Origin: Mobula hypostoma
Taxonomy: Eukaryota
Direction: 5' to 3'
NCBI RefSeq assembly: GCF_963921235.1
Contig: NC_086109.1
Coordinates: 3,350,001-3,414,000 of the forward strand
DNA: 64,000 nt
Part shown: one piece after another, positions 25,204-38,990 of the stretch
Position numbering within the stretch: position 1 is the stretch's first letter
Layout: each line of letters opens with the position of its first letter
The notes under the pieces: generated by a model
What the model was told of the DNA's origin: nothing
What the model saw: the letters and a program-made list of their open reading frames with translations, nothing else
Databases searched by the model: none
Made by a program: the position numbers and the translations under genes

Positions 25204-27354
25204 ATATACTGTATATTTAAAATATTAAATTAAGTAAGTAGTCCAAAAAAGAGCATAAATAGTGAGGTGGTTTGCATGGGTTGATTCATGGTCTGTTCAG
25301 AAATTTAATGGCTGAGGGATGAAACTCTAAGTGTGCGCATCTTCAGGCTCCTGTACCTCCACCCTGATGGTTGTAATGAGAAGAGGGCACAACCTGGGTG
25401 ATTTGAGGTCTATAATGAGCAGTGTAGCTTTGAGCATCAGGCACAGGGTCTTCAGCAAGGGATGGGGTCTGGGGCTGTGCCAGGACATGAGGTTACAGGC
25501 TGTTAAAGTTCACGACAAGGCTGAATGGAACCAGAATGCTCTCTGTGGCAAAGAGAGCAAGTCCTGGAACAGAGCCAGAAGAGATCAGGAAATCGTAGGT
25601 GCGTAACTATAAGAATTAAATTAACAAACAATATAATTAAATGTGCATTAAAACTTAGTCAAATCTGTTGCTGGAGTTCCCAGATAAAGCAGACAAAGTT
25701 CTGGGTAGGTGGGCAAGGTCACACCCCATGCCTGATATCTCAGCTTGCATATGGGAGTTATCAGTCACTATTGTGACGAACCACTGTTCAGATTAATTCC
25801 ACAGGCTCACCAAGGAATCACAATGTTCAGATCAGAATTTTAATATCCCTAGATCTTCTAAGAAATATATTCACAGCAAAATTGAATATGTAACCCAGGT
25901 AAAAGTTCTGGGCTACCATGGGTTCAGAAAGAGACCAAAATAGCAAGAAACTTTAGTAAACAAGAGGGGGAAGCAGACTAAGATAAGCATGGTATGTGAC
26001 GGGGGAGGTGGTGAGGTTCAGATCTAGTGAACGTGAGATAAATGCCCAGGAAAGTCTGATAAAGCCCCAGATGGGACAATATACTCAAAGAGGAAGCCCA
26101 CGGCATTAATAAAGAAACTAAGGACATGCCCTGTAATTTCCCACTGAAGTAAATATGTAGACAACCTTGAAGATAAATTTCAGCAACATTTGCTAACCAA
26201 GGTAAATGGCCTGGGAGGGAGTGGGAGAGGGTGGAAGACTTTGCCGGTGTACTTGTGAAACTAACAGATGTTTTAGCATCGCTGATGAAGGAGTGGGAGT
26301 CAGGGAAATTACAACCAATGAAACTAGGTGCCGAAAAGTAAAACTCAAGTAATGAAGGGTTGGTGACCTCGGCGTGCAGACACACACATCGTTAACGACA
26401 GGTGCAGAGAGTAATAAAGCAGGAGGTGGTGATGGAGCAGTGTTGCCAGTAGCTGAGCTCTGTTCAGAATATTATATTCACCTTAAGCACCTTACTGTGC
26501 ATGACAGCAGGGATTAAAGGATGTGGAGGTAATGAGAGGCTTGGAAAACTAAGAGCATACTTACAAGTGCACAAAGGGTATAGAGGGATTAATGATTGTG
26601 CTAAAAGACTTTGAGAAGGTATTTATGGTTAGCCAATCAGTAAAAAAAAGAGCATAAATTTAGGATTAGTGCTAGAATCATAAAGGCAGATGTTAGAAGG
26701 ATTGTTCACTTAAAAGATCATTAGATTATGGAATGATTATCACGAGTTATTGAAGTTCAATCAACCACACGATTTAAACAGTGACTGGGGATAGGACAGA
26801 GTAATGAGATCAGAGTGAATAATGGTACACCTACTATCACAGAGTGCTCACCAGTTCACTTGTTTACAGATCTATGGATGTTGTCCAGAGACAAATCAGC
26901 CAAATTTCATTTCTTGCCTTCTTCTACCAAATGAGCTGTAAAAGCAATCTGCATTCAATCTCCAGAATACCCTGAAAATAACTGAGGGGACGGCATTGCA
27001 GAGAAACTGTTGTGATGGCTCATGAAGATCAAATTCCGATACTGTTCAATCCACTCTCCAAATCTGGCTTGTGCTTGCAGACTTGTACTTTAATTGCTGA
27101 CTCTGTGATGTACTGAGAGGCCATGGCAGATGGACTTGTTCATATCCAAAGTGTAAAGAGCACTAACCTGTTAGCTAGAGAGCATCCAGGGTTTTGAAAT
27201 ATCAATGTACTAAAACTCTAAGTCCAGATGATGCTTTTATTGAAGGAGAAATGAGACTCCCATGGCTAAGTCACTATCACTGTATTCTAGAGTGAGAATA
27301 AAAATTTTATTTATTTTGGTGTTTTGAGATAACTTGGAGCCTCAATGAAGCAGA

Positions 27355-28260
27355 ACAGAGAAAATTTACAAGGATGTTGCTGGGTCTGGAGGACCTGAGT
27401 TACAAGGAAAGATTAAATAGGGTTAGAACTTTATTTCTTAGAAGACTGAGAGGAGATTTAATAGAGGTGTACAAAATTATGAGGGGTATAGACAGGGTAA
27501 ATGCAAGCAGGCTTTTCCCACTGAGGTTCCAGAAGTCATGGAGAAGTCATACAGAGGCGATTTACCAGGATGCTGCCTGGTTTAGAGAGTATGCATTATG
27601 ATCAGAGATTAAGGGAGCTAGGGCTTTACTCTTTGGAGAGAAGGAGGATAAGAGGAGACATGACAGAGGTGTACAAGATAATAAGAGGAATAGATAGAGT
27701 GGATAGCCAGTGCCTCTTCCCCAGGGCACCACTGCTCAATACAAGAGGACATGGCTTTAAGGTAAGGGGTGGGAAGTTCAAGGGGGATATTAGAGGAAGG
27801 TTTTTCACTCAGAGAGTGGTTGGTGCTTGGAATGCACTGCCTGAGTCAGTGGTGGAGGCAGATACACTAGTGAAGTTTAAGAGACTACTAGACAGGTATA
27901 TGGAGGAATTTAAGGTGGGGGGTTATATGGGAAGCAGGGTTTGAGGGTCGACACAACATTGTGGGCCGAAGGGCCTGTACTGTGCTGTACTATTCTATGT
28001 TCTATGTTCTATGTTTTAAGGGTGAAAAGTGAAAGTTTAAGGGGGAACATAAGGGGAAACTTCTTCACTCAGAGGGGCGTGAGAGTGTGGAATGAGCTGC
28101 CGGTACAAGTGCATGCGAGCTCAATTTCAACATTTAAGAGCAGTTTGGATCGGTAAATGGATAGTATGGAGGGCTATGATCCCATTGAAGGTCAATTGGG
28201 GTACGCAGTTTAAATGGTTTCAGCGTGGACTAGAAGGGCCAAAGAGCCTGTTTCTGTGCG
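27355..28260 (+). mobile_element. Nested CR1/HER1-like 3' ends
   Basis: Open ORF 27570..27944 with TTCTATG tail at ~28000, inside an older copy that resumes at ~28016. Confidence 0.85.
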
Positions 28261-29047
28261 ACTATGACTGTATATCAGATGTGGCTGGGATACATTAGCA
28301 AATCACTTTCACACCAATCTGTAGATCACAGCCTTCGTTATGGACGCCAGTTCTGTTCCATCTGTCACAGGGTCATGGACTGACAGAGCCATTAAGTTTG
28401 CCTCACTGCATCCATGCTGATTGGTGGTCACCCTTCCCCACTAACCCCATCTCCAAGCACTTGGCTTGTACCCTGGGTAATTTAAGTACTCAGTTCAACT
28501 CTTCTTCAGTGCTGTCAGTGACTCTGACCCCACCACTCTCTCCAACAGATGCTCTGGCTACTCACTATTCTCTGAGCATCACAGCGGGATCTGAGCTTGT
28601 TGCTCTGGTCTCCAAGTCACCAAGCTGACAGCACAAGCTCAAAGCTGTTACTCCTAAACTTCCATCGATTTGAGATCTTGTATCCAAGTTGGTGGCGTAA
28701 CCCCAAGGGAGGGAGTCTACCCAACAGGTGTTGGATTTTAGCTCTAAGGAATGTAAAGAGTTAGTTGTGGATGCTTCTTTTGATGTTTAAAATCAATTAG
28801 TACAACAGACCCCATTTGAGGTTGTTTACTGAAGATGACATAGCTTTCACAAATCAGGATCACGGAACTTCAATGTCGAGAATGTGGATGTTATCAGAAT
28901 CAGGATCAGGTTTAATATCACTCATGTATGTTGTAAAATTTGTTGTTTTGTGGCAGCAGTACAGTACAATACCTGAAGATGTTCCTGAGTTGTTGAGTGT
29001 GTGTCTTTAGCCTTCTTGTACATCCTCTTTGATGGTAGCAATAAGAA

Positions 29048-29792
29048 GAGGGAGGAGAAGATGGCGCGATGCAGCGTGCGCGGCCATTCCAAATGATATC
29101 GTATGTGTTAACTAGGGGGCCGTGCACAATCCTGATTTGATGGAGACAGCCGTGAGAAACACAGAGGAACACCTGGAGAAACTTCTGAAATGCCTGCTTC
29201 ACTGCCGCTGCTACTGTGCGATCGAGAATCTCCGGAGGGGAAGGCCCCAAATCCTTGGCTTTGCCTACTGCCTGTTGCCAGGGCTGGGGTCGAAGCGCTC
29301 GATAGAGATGGTGCTCGGTGCTCGGTGCCGGAGGGCTGGTTGGAGGCTCGGACTTTTTGGACAGACTCAGAGTCGGACTGTGGTCGGGTGCTTCCAGGAT
29401 GCTGCATCGGCAAGTTTGCGGTGCTGGAGGTTCACCGTCTGCGTGAGATGATGGGACTTTCGAGAGACGTTGAGACTTTTACCATGCCCATGGTCTGTTC
29501 TTATCAAATTACAGTATTGCTTTGCACTGTTGTAACTATATGTTATAATTATGTGGTTTTTGTCAGTTTTTAAGTCGGTTTGTCATGTGTTTCTGTGATA
29601 TCATTCTGGAAAAACATTTTATCGTTTCTTACTAGCTCTTTCTTCAGTTAGTCCTGACGAAGGGTCTCGGCCCGAAACGTCGACTGTACCTCTTCCTAGA
29701 GATGCTGCCTGGCCTGCTGCATTCACCAGCAACTTTGATGTGTGTTGCTCATCATTTCGTTATGCAGGCATAATCTAAAAAAAAGAGAGCAT
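29048..29792 (+). mobile_element. Non-autonomous retroposon ('family B') starting near AAGATGGCG, inserted in a minus-strand Rex1-like tail and containing a PLE pLTR
   Basis: Host reads gatggtagcaataagaagag | insert | aaaagagagcatgtcc; CpG-rich body; PLE pLTR at 29630-29750. Confidence 0.6.
29649..29686 (+). ncRNA. Minimal type I hammerhead ribozyme motif (best-preserved copy)
   Basis: UAGUC-CUGACGA-A-GGGU(CUCG)GCCC-GAAA-C-GUC^GACUG; predicted cleavage after 29681; palindromic ACGU stem III. Confidence 0.75.
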
Positions 29793-30555
29793 GTCCTAGG
29801 CGATGGGGGTTCTTAACGGTGGATGCAACCTTTCTGCGGCATTGCCTTTCAAAGGTGGCCTTGATGCTGGGGCAACATGCCCATGATAGGCTGGCTCAGT
29901 TTATAGTTTCCTACAGCTTTTTCTGACCTTTGGTGTTATTGTTCCTGAAGAAACTAAAAGTCTGCAGATTCAAATAAAAGAAACTGACTTTATTCTAACA
30001 TGCATATAAGAAGCTACAGGTTTCCTCAAAGATGGAAAGTACCCTGCAAAATCTAGTCTTAATTGTAAGCACTTAATGTTATGTTAGAAAGTGGGAAATC
30101 GCGTTACCTCATCACGTTACCTCTATGTGATGTGATAGTTTGCTGTAATGTGATAGATGAATGGTCACTTACAGGAAATGGCTGGACTTGGAAAACAGTT
30201 TCCAGCTCACCCTGAGACCTTTAATCGTCACTTCACTTGGTTCCAAGCTGATGACAATACTGTACCTTTTCACTCTATTTCTCCAAGAACATTTCCCAAG
30301 ACTCTGAGGGAATGTGTCACCTTATCTACATTGTAAATTATTGTAACCCTGATTGCCAGGTCCCCCCACAAAAGGCACTCCAGCAGGTTCAAGATCAACC
30401 TGCTAAACAATTCTTCAGAAGGTAATCCGCGATTCCAGGAACTGCTCGAGTAAACCTCTGCAGTGTTTCCTGCGGAAACAGAAAACGCTGAAAATAATCA
30501 GCAGATCATGCAGCATCTGTGGAAAGGGAAACTTAGCATTTCAGGTCCCAGATCT

Positions 30556-31232
30556 TAAACACGCAGATGCTGGAAATCCAAAGCAACACACAGTTGACGA
30601 TTTGGGCTGAGACCCTTCTTCAGGACTGAAAAAGAAGCGGGTAGACAACAGAGTTCAAAGGTGAGGGGTGAGGACAGGAGGACTAGCTGGAAGGTGATAG
30701 GTGAAGCAGGTGGTCTGGAAAGCTTTGAGGGTCGGGAAGAAGGAATCTGATATGAGAGGAGAGTAGACCAAAGGAAAAAGGGAAGGAGGAGGGGACCCAG
30801 GGGGAGGTGGTAGGTAGGTGAGAAGGAGCCAGAGTGGAAAATAGAGGAAGAGGCGAGGGGAAGGGAGGGGAATTTTTTTTACTGGAAGGAGAAATTGATA
30901 TTCATGCCATCAGTTTGGAGGCTACCCAAATGGAATGTAAGGTGTTGCTCCTCTATCCTGAGGGTGGCCTCATCATGGCCATGGACCGACATGTTGGTAC
31001 GGGAATGGGAATTGGAATCAAAATGTTTGGCCACCGGGAAGTTTCACTTCTGGCAGATGGAGCAGAGGTGCTCAACGAAGCGATCCCCCAATTTAGGGGA
31101 GGCCGCATCTGGAGCACCCGGACACGATAGACGACCCCAGCTGGTTCGCGGGTGAAGTGTTGCCTAACCTGGAAGGACTGTTTGGGGACCTGAATGGAGT
31201 TGGTAGACAAAGTGAATGGGCAGGTGTATGCT
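30556..31232 (-). mobile_element. Penelope-like 3' fragment (GIY-YIG remnant plus pLTR, hammerhead degenerate)
   Basis: IQVPKQSFQVRQHFTREPAGVVY and a downstream tail remnant; 30591-30628 has GAAA changed to AAAU. Confidence 0.75.
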
Positions 31233-31296
31233 TAAAAGGTTGAGTGGCTCCTGCCCCTAATCTGAATCTTTTTACACAGAATTCTAAGTCTGTAAG

Positions 31297-31953
31297 TACA
31301 GTGGATTCCAATTAATTGGGACACATTGAGATCAGTATATTTTGGCCCAGTTAAGCAGATGCCCCAATCAGCAGAATGGAAATAGTTTAAAAAAGTACAG
31401 AAAAGACAAAGTCCCATTTAACTGAGTAACAAATTATGTACTTAAAGACATACAGAATAAATTAGAACATTATCAATACTAGGACAGTACTATAAAACAG
31501 TGTATTAATTCCTCATACTTATCAATGGAGGAATTCATCCTTGCTGCTTTCTTTTGTCTTAAACAAAATCAACGCAGACATCCAGTGCAGACAATGGACT
31601 GCCTTCATACAATGCTGTCAATGATTGCATCCTCCAAATCTTCATCGTCTTTGTAACATTCAAGATGTTTGTTGATACCTTCAAACTCTCTGTAGCTTCT
31701 GACTTGATGAAGTCAAATCATTTCATTTTCACTCCTGGCCATTTCTGGCATCTCTAAGCCTGAATGCTTGAAGCCACAGTGAGCAAAACAGTTCTGTATT
31801 ATCTTTCTGCATTTTCTCACCAACTGTCAGTGACATAAAATGCTGCTTTTTGAACACAAACACATGCAACTGATGCTACTTAAAAACCGTTTGCTCAAAG
31901 CACAGTGTAGTATCCAATGGCTATGCCTGACCTCACTGATTCCATTTCACTGT
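31297..31953 (-). mobile_element. Tigger/pogo-like DNA transposon deletion derivative
   Basis: TA-cagtggattcc..aattgggacac start and ..cactg-TA end; internal segment paralogous to 59922-60630 encoding a IQNCFAHCGFKHSGLEMPEMA-like transposase C-terminus. Confidence 0.65.
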
Positions 31954-33509
31954 ACCGACTGATTTTGTTTCACTGTCCTGAGTGATTTCATTTTGCTTCG
32001 AATTCCTCATCTCCTCATATCTTTCACTCATCGTGTACCTCTGCCAATGGGAAGATCTTTCCTCTCTTTACTCTGTCTAAACCTGTCAAGTTCTTGCAGA
32101 ACTTCCATCCTTTTACTGAACCAATATTGTAAGGGAGTCAATCGTATCACATGGAGTGTCAGTCTAGATACCTCGACGGACCAGACGGACAAGAATGAGA
32201 CATCCCTAACAAAATCAATCTGCTATATTTCTCTGAAGTATAGAGGAATTTGATAAATAACAGAAAATATTACAGAAAACATCCCAATGTCAACAAAATC
32301 ATGGCAAGTGAATATTGTTTGGGACATACTTTGGAATAAAAGTACTCTCTCAGAACTGAAGAGAGTTGGGGAGTTGTAGATTCAGCCAATGAACTCACCC
32401 AGGGAGCAAAGGAAAGGACAGATACTGCCCGGAACATGTATATTTGGTGTCTTAAAGGAATGGGAGTGTGAAGAAGGTAGGACTGGAGTTGTTTTGAGAG
32501 AGATGCTTTCTCCTGGACAACAGTTCAGTTACCCTCAATGGCACAGCACCAACTGCTGGGATAGTACGACACAGGTGACACACAACAGGGATGTGGTCAC
32601 ACCTCCACCTTTCCCTGTCACCGTGACCAGAAAGACAAACTGAGACAGCCACGCATACCTTGTGGGTGCAACAGCACTCAGAGACTGAACAACTCACCTC
32701 CCAGCTCCCTCTTGCTGTCTCCCCATCTACAACACGTGAGGCTACTGTGATTACTCACGAGTCAGCTGAACTGGAACTACACCAACATCACTCAAAGAGC
32801 TCCACTCCATCTGTGTTAGGTCGACACCCAATCCACACCCAGATGTTCATTCTCTGTATCACTGGTGCACTGTGACTGCAGTGAGTGTCCCCTGTGAAAC
32901 ACAGTACAGCTACTCACAAAGTTTCTCGGACAGAAGACCCACTAAAACCCTGCTCACGGACTGTTGGTCCCTCCCATCATGGAGGAGGCTATGTAGCATC
33001 CACGCCAGGACAACCAGGCTCAAAAACAGTTCCTTTCCCCAAGCAGTGAGTCTGATCAACACCTCCACCCACTAACCCACACTTCCATATCCTGACTTTA
33101 TCACTTCTTGTCAGTTACCCTATGTACAGATATTCTTGTGCCTAGCATTACTTTACAGACATACAATCAATCTATGTATATAAACTATCTTTTGTATTTA
33201 TATTTATTGTTTTTTTATTATTGTGTTCCTTATCTTATTATGTTTTTTATGCTGCATCGGATCCAGAGTAACAATTATTTTATCCTCCTTTACGTCAAAG
33301 GGCTGCAGACACAGGTTCCCTACAAGCTGTACCCATACTGACATGGATATATTGGGCAACAAGTAACACACAGGGAATCTCAATGGGTCAGGTTTGGAAG
33401 CATATTGTTTGGTCACCGTCACTGAGTCTGGAACCTCCTCGTCACACTGAGGGACTGAGTACTCTACAGGGACAACTCACCACCCTCTTCTCAAGGGGCC
33501 CAGCACATA

Positions 33510-34595
33510 ACAGCCATTATGAAACCACTATTTCCTTAGAGGTTTGTGAAGATCCGTCATGACAAACCTCTATTGATGAGTGGTGGAGAGTATTCTAACT
33601 GGCAGCACCATGGCCTGGTATGGAAACACCAATGCCCTTGAAAGGAACAGTCTACAAAAAGTAATAGATCCAGCCCAGTCCATCACAGGTAAAGCCCTCC
33701 CTTCCATTGAGCACATCTGCACGGAGCGCTGTCACAGGAAAGCAGCATCCATCATCAGGGACCCCCACCACACAGGCCATGCTCTCTTCTCACAGAAGCC
33801 ATCAGGAAAAAGGTACCGGAGTCTCAGGACCCACAGCTTCAGGAATGGTTATTACCCATACTATCAGGCTTCTGAACCAAAGGGGATAGCTTCACTCAAC
33901 TTCACTCACCCCGTCACTGAACTGTTCCCACAACCTATGGACTCACTTTCAAGGACACTTCATCTCATGTTCTCGATACTTACTTATTATTATTGCTGTT
34001 TTTATTTTTCTTTTTTCTCAGCTCAGGCTAGTAAAACCTGAGCTACAAGCATAGCCAATCTTGCTCATCTCTCAATTGCCAGGAACTTTCAGACTATTCT
34101 AGTGCTGTTTATTATTGTGGCTTTCTGAAGATATACACAGGTATTTCAGCATAGCCCTAATTGTTTAACGCTACTGTGCAGTGCCTTTGGGATGATTCCA
34201 GTTGTAGATAGTACTATCGGGACAATGTTCATATTCCAAAGTCTTTCAATTTCCTCTTTTAATTCAGCATATTTCTGGTGTTCTTCCATTTATTGATTTC
34301 TGTGTATATGTGTGTTTGGAATGGCTGTATTCTATTAAATAAGCTGATCTTAGATAAGTTGATCTTGCTTAGTTATCCTATTCTATTACTATTATTATTA
34401 TTATTATTTTCTTTCTGTACTTAAACTATTTGTTGTCTTTTGCACATTGGTTGTTTGCCCATCCTGATGGGTGCAGTCTTTTATTGATTCTATTGTGTTA
34501 CTTGGATTTACTGTCTGAAAACGAATCTCAGAGCTCTATATGGTGACATATATGTAGCTTGATAATAAAATTTACTTTGACTTTTGAACTTTGAC
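33510..34595 (+). mobile_element. Rex1/Babar-like LINE 3' end
   Basis: ORF 33580..: VESILTGSTMAWYGNTNA..IIRDPHHTGHALFS..PSGKRYRSL; tail tttactttgacttttgaactttg. Confidence 0.85.
34005..34385 (-). mobile_element. R4/Dong-like 3' fragment, second copy
   Basis: Aligns with 6620-6965 (atttcctcttttaattcagcatatttctggtgtt identical). Confidence 0.75.
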
Positions 34596-35439
34596 ATAAG
34601 GACGGTCCATCCTCGCTGGCCTTGTTGTCAACACCCATTTCCATGGACGCATAAAAGATCCCGCTGATGTATCGCAAGCGGTTGTTTTCCTCAGACAGTC
34701 GAGGTGAAGGATTTGTTAAGAATGCTTCAACACTTTCAGTACGTTCAAATCACAATGGGCTTGCAGAATGGGATATTTCACAGGTCTGCTGCATTTGTAG
34801 TTCATGTTACTAGCTGATGTTGGACTAACGACCCATCACTTGAGTGCTTGAGAAATTAGGTCAAATATGTGCATTGTCCTGGCTACAGACAGCTCAGCTA
34901 TGCTGAGTCTTATCTGCTGTGATGTTATAGATTTCCTATTTGTCTGGTTAATGTTGTGTGTGAGGTTTTCTATTTCAATTACTGGGTTTACTATCAATTA
35001 AACAGCTACTAGCTTATACGTCAGTTGCCAACCATTTGCTCAGAGATGAATTTGGTGAACAGCTGAAATTCCAGCTGCTTCTGCATCGATGGCGAAATCT
35101 TTTCTGTGACTTTGCCCTCTTCACTTCCCCAGTCAATAGAGAAGCAACTGGATATTAACAAACTATTCCAAAAATGGTCACGCCTGGACTTGCGTTAACA
35201 ATAATCAGCCTTGTGCAGAAATCACCCCAAAATATGTAAAGATCAGTTTCAGAATGCGTGGGCTGTAGAGAGCAAGGCCCTGCTCTCCATTTGCCAATTC
35301 CGTACGTCCCTCCAAGACGAAAGGTACCTGGCAAGTAGATCTGTTTCCTTGGTTGGAGGTTAGGAATCTCATTGCCAAGCCTGAAACCGGGCTGGTTGTG
35401 TAATGTGCTTTTACAAATAGAGATGCAAGGGGCTAAAAA

Positions 35440-36370
35440 ATGTAATGCAAGGATTATATTGTGAGGAGCGTTTGATGGCTCTGTGCCTCTACTACCGGAA
35501 TTCAAAAGAATGAAGGGTGACCTCATTGAAACCTATCGAATGTTGAAGGGCTTTGATAGAGTGGGTGTGAAGAGGATATTTCCAATGGTGGGGGAGTCTA
35601 AGACCAGAGGACACAGCCTCAGAATAGAGGGGCGCCCTTTTGGAACAGAGATGGGGAGGAATTTCTTTAGCCAGAATGTGGTGAATTTGTAGAATTCGTT
35701 GCCACAGGCAGCTATGGAGACCAAGTCACCGGGTATATTTAAGACAGAGGTTGATAGATTCTTGATTGGTCAGGGCATGAAGAGATACAGGAAGAAGGCT
35801 GGAGATTGGGGCTGAGAGGGAAAATGCATCCGCCATGACGAAATGGCAGAGCAGACTCGATGGGCCAAATGGCCTATTTCTGCTCCTATGTCTTGTGCTC
35901 TTATAGTTAACTTTGGGTTCACAAAGCGACCATGACCATAAGGTACAGGAGCAGGTTTAGGCCACTTGGCCCATCGTCTGCTCTGCCATTTTGTTTTCAA
36001 CTCCACCCTCCTGTCTCCCGTAACCGTCAACCTCCTTACCAATGAACAACCTATCAACCTCAGCTTTAAATATGCCCAATGACTTGGCCACCACAGCCGT
36101 CTATGGCAACGACTTCCACAGTCTAGCTGAAGAAATTCCTCCTCATCTCAGTTCTAAAGGGACGTCCCATTTTTTTGAGACTGTAGCCTCGGATCCTAGA
36201 CTCTACCAGTACCGAAACCATCCCTTCTGTGTCCACTCCAACCAGACCTTTCATTACCCAGTCATGTTCAATGTGATTCCCCCTTATCCTCCTGAACTGA
36301 GTCGAGCACAGTCCCTGAGACATCAAATGCTCCTCGTACGTCCTGGGATCATTCTTGTGAACCTCCTCTG
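35440..36370. mobile_element. Tail-to-tail CR1/HER1-like 3' fragments (35440-35900 +, 35930-36370 -)
   Basis: EFKRMKGDLIETYRMLKGFDRV..TRGHSLRIEG and the reverse homolog. Confidence 0.8.
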
Positions 36371-36475
36371 TGGTGATATCTGCACAAGGCTGATTAATGT
36401 TGACACCGTGTGGCATGAAACAGTTTCTGATGTCACCTCTTGCAGTGGTTAAAGCTTCTCCTGCAGCAGGTACCT

Positions 36476-36762
36476 AGAACCCAGAAGTCAGAACATAGAA
36501 CACAAAACACAGAACATGGAACCCAGAATACAGAGATGGAACAAAGAACACGTAACATTGAACATAGTACACAAAACATAGAACATGGAACACAGAACAC
36601 AGAATACAGACATGGAACAAAGAACACGAAACATTGAACACAGTACACAGAACACAGAACATGGAACCCAGAATACAGACATGGAACAAAGAACACAAAA
36701 CATTGAACACAGTACACAGAACATGGAACACAGAACACAGAACACAGAGCACAGAACAATAT
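36476..36762. repeat. 7-mer-based (CAYAGAA-like) satellite at a CR1 tail
   Basis: agaacatagaacacaaaacacagaacatggaac.. adjoining the minus-strand CR1 3' end at 36762-37040. Confidence 0.9.
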
Positions 36763-38034
36763 AACAAAGCTTGTGCCAAATATGATGTCACATCTCACTG
36801 CCTGTGCATCGTCTGTCTGAAAGCTTCTTAAACCCCAATATTGTATACAGTTTCACCACCAACCTGCAGTCCATTCCAGACACTCACCACTCTGTGTAAT
36901 AAAAGATAATCCTACATATCTCCTTTAAACTTTCCCCCTCTCACCTTAAACACATGTCCTCATATACTCGACATTTCTTCCCTGGGAAAAATATTCTGAC
37001 TGTTTGCAGATGTCTCTTGTAATTTTATGTACGTCTGTAATGTCTACCCTCAATCCAAATTCATCAACCTCTCCTTTCATAATACATTTCAGGGAGGGAT
37101 GTGGTTTCTCTGATTGGTGTGTGTACACATTAGGATCCAAGACAGGGATCCCTTTTGTTAATTATTGGGGTAACACGCTTCTTCCACATTTTAATAAAAA
37201 CTGACATATGAATTGGTTTAAACCGGTGCCTACACAGGGCAGCATAATTCACCCCTGTCAATAATAGGACCTGATCTACTTGGAAAAATTTGACATTGAT
37301 ATCGCCATCCAGCTGTCTGTGGAACTTTAAAATGTTCCTTTCCCCTTCTCTTTCAGAGGAGGAACTCTATTTCACTACAACGGCCTGTTAATCAAGGCAT
37401 ATCTTTGGGCTCTTGTTGATTTTCATTTCGTAAAATAATAGAATTTGTAAGAACTCTTATGAATAATTTGCAATCCCTTTTTGATACGTTTGCAAACAAC
37501 TGAATATATAAGGTATTTAAGAAAACATTACCCACGTTGTTGCTCCGAGTCCAGAATGGCCACCTTCTACTTGTTTGTTTATTTACTAAGATACCGTGTG
37601 GAATAAACCCTTCCTGCCCAGCGACCCTCCATTTAACACCAGCCTAATCACAGGACAGTTTACAATGACCAGTTCAACTACCAACATGTGCAGCTTTGGA
37701 CTGTGAGAGGAAACTGGAGCACCCAGAGGAAACCCACTCGGTCATGGGGACAACTTACAAGCTCCTTACAAGCAGCGGTGGGAAACGAACGCTGGTACTG
37801 TAAAGCGCTGCACTAACCACTGTGTTACCGTGGCGCCCTTCCTGCGCTGTACCTCTGTATAACTCTGTGACTACAGGGCACGGCGCCGATCCCGGGACCT
37901 GAACAGCAAGGTGTGTTATTCTGAACATGGCAGCGGCCAGGTTCCAGGTACCGGAATTTGCTACCAAAATGGGATCAGAGCAGAATTCCAGGAGGCATCA
38001 GAGACTTCGGAAAACTGTTAAAACTGAAGCACAG

Positions 38035-38049
38035 GTGTGTGTGTCTGTG

Positions 38050-38089
<40 letters not shown>

Positions 38090-38161
38090 TGTGTCTGTGT
38101 CTGTGTCTGTGTGTGTGTGTGTGTGTGTGCGCGTGTGTGTGTGTTTGTGTGTGTGTGTGCG
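38035..38161. repeat. (GT)n microsatellite
   Basis: Directly visible. Confidence 0.97.
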
Positions 38162-38836
38162 TAGGGTTTACCCAAACGAGCTTTCCACCCTTTTAGATGC
38201 TAATGTTATCCAAATTGTTAAATTAATTGAATTTATGTTCTCCAGCTGCTGTGGTGGGATTGTAATTTGTGTCTTGGAATCGTTGCTTCAAGGCTTCAGG
38301 TCATGGTCCCGCTACTTAATCACTGAACTTGTCCTAGTGTCATGTGACCACCTCCACTACCTTCCCCAGTCACAGGATGAACAGACAGTTCTGAAGAATA
38401 AAGTGGACTGGCTGATTAAACAACAGCAGAATGAAATATTAATCGACAGGACAGTCCTGTTCTGAGTCAAGGAGTCACATGACTTGTAAACAGGCCATTC
38501 GGCCCATTGCTCCCATTGTGTGCGCCAACTCCATCATGAGCACTAACCCCCTGACCATCGAGGGCACCTTCAGAAGGTGATGCCTCAAAAAGGCAGCATC
38601 CATCATTAAGGCCCTCACCTTCCAGGCACTTTTTTCATTGCCATTATCAGAGAGAAGGTACAGGAGTTTGAAGACACACAACATTTCAGAAACAGCTTCT
38701 TCCTCTCCACCATCAGATTTCTGAACAAACAACGAACCCATGAATATTACCTCAGTATTTTATTCCCCTTTTCACCTACTTGTTTTCTTTTTATTATAGA
38801 CAGATATTTCTTTTTGTAATTTATAGTATATTTTAT

Positions 38837-38990
38837 GACAAGTCAGAACATCTCTGTGATCTGATTGGTGGAGGGTGACAAGACAGACCATCTCTGTGAT
38901 CTGATTGGTGGAGGGTGACAAGACAGACCATCTCTGTGATCTGATTGGTGGAGGGTGACAAGACAGAACATCTCTGTGATCTGATTGGAT
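38837..38990. repeat. 40-bp tandem repeat, ~3.8 copies
   Basis: gacaagacagaccatctctgtgatctgattggtggagggt starting at 38837, 38877, 38917 and 38957. Confidence 0.95.

Noticed and set aside
29934..30330. Solo LTR
   Set aside because: TG..CA ends are plausible, but there is no convincing TSD and no second copy in the window
36433..38465. Cys/Val- and His/Thr-rich ORFs
   Set aside because: Artefacts of the 7-mer satellite and the (GT)n repeat
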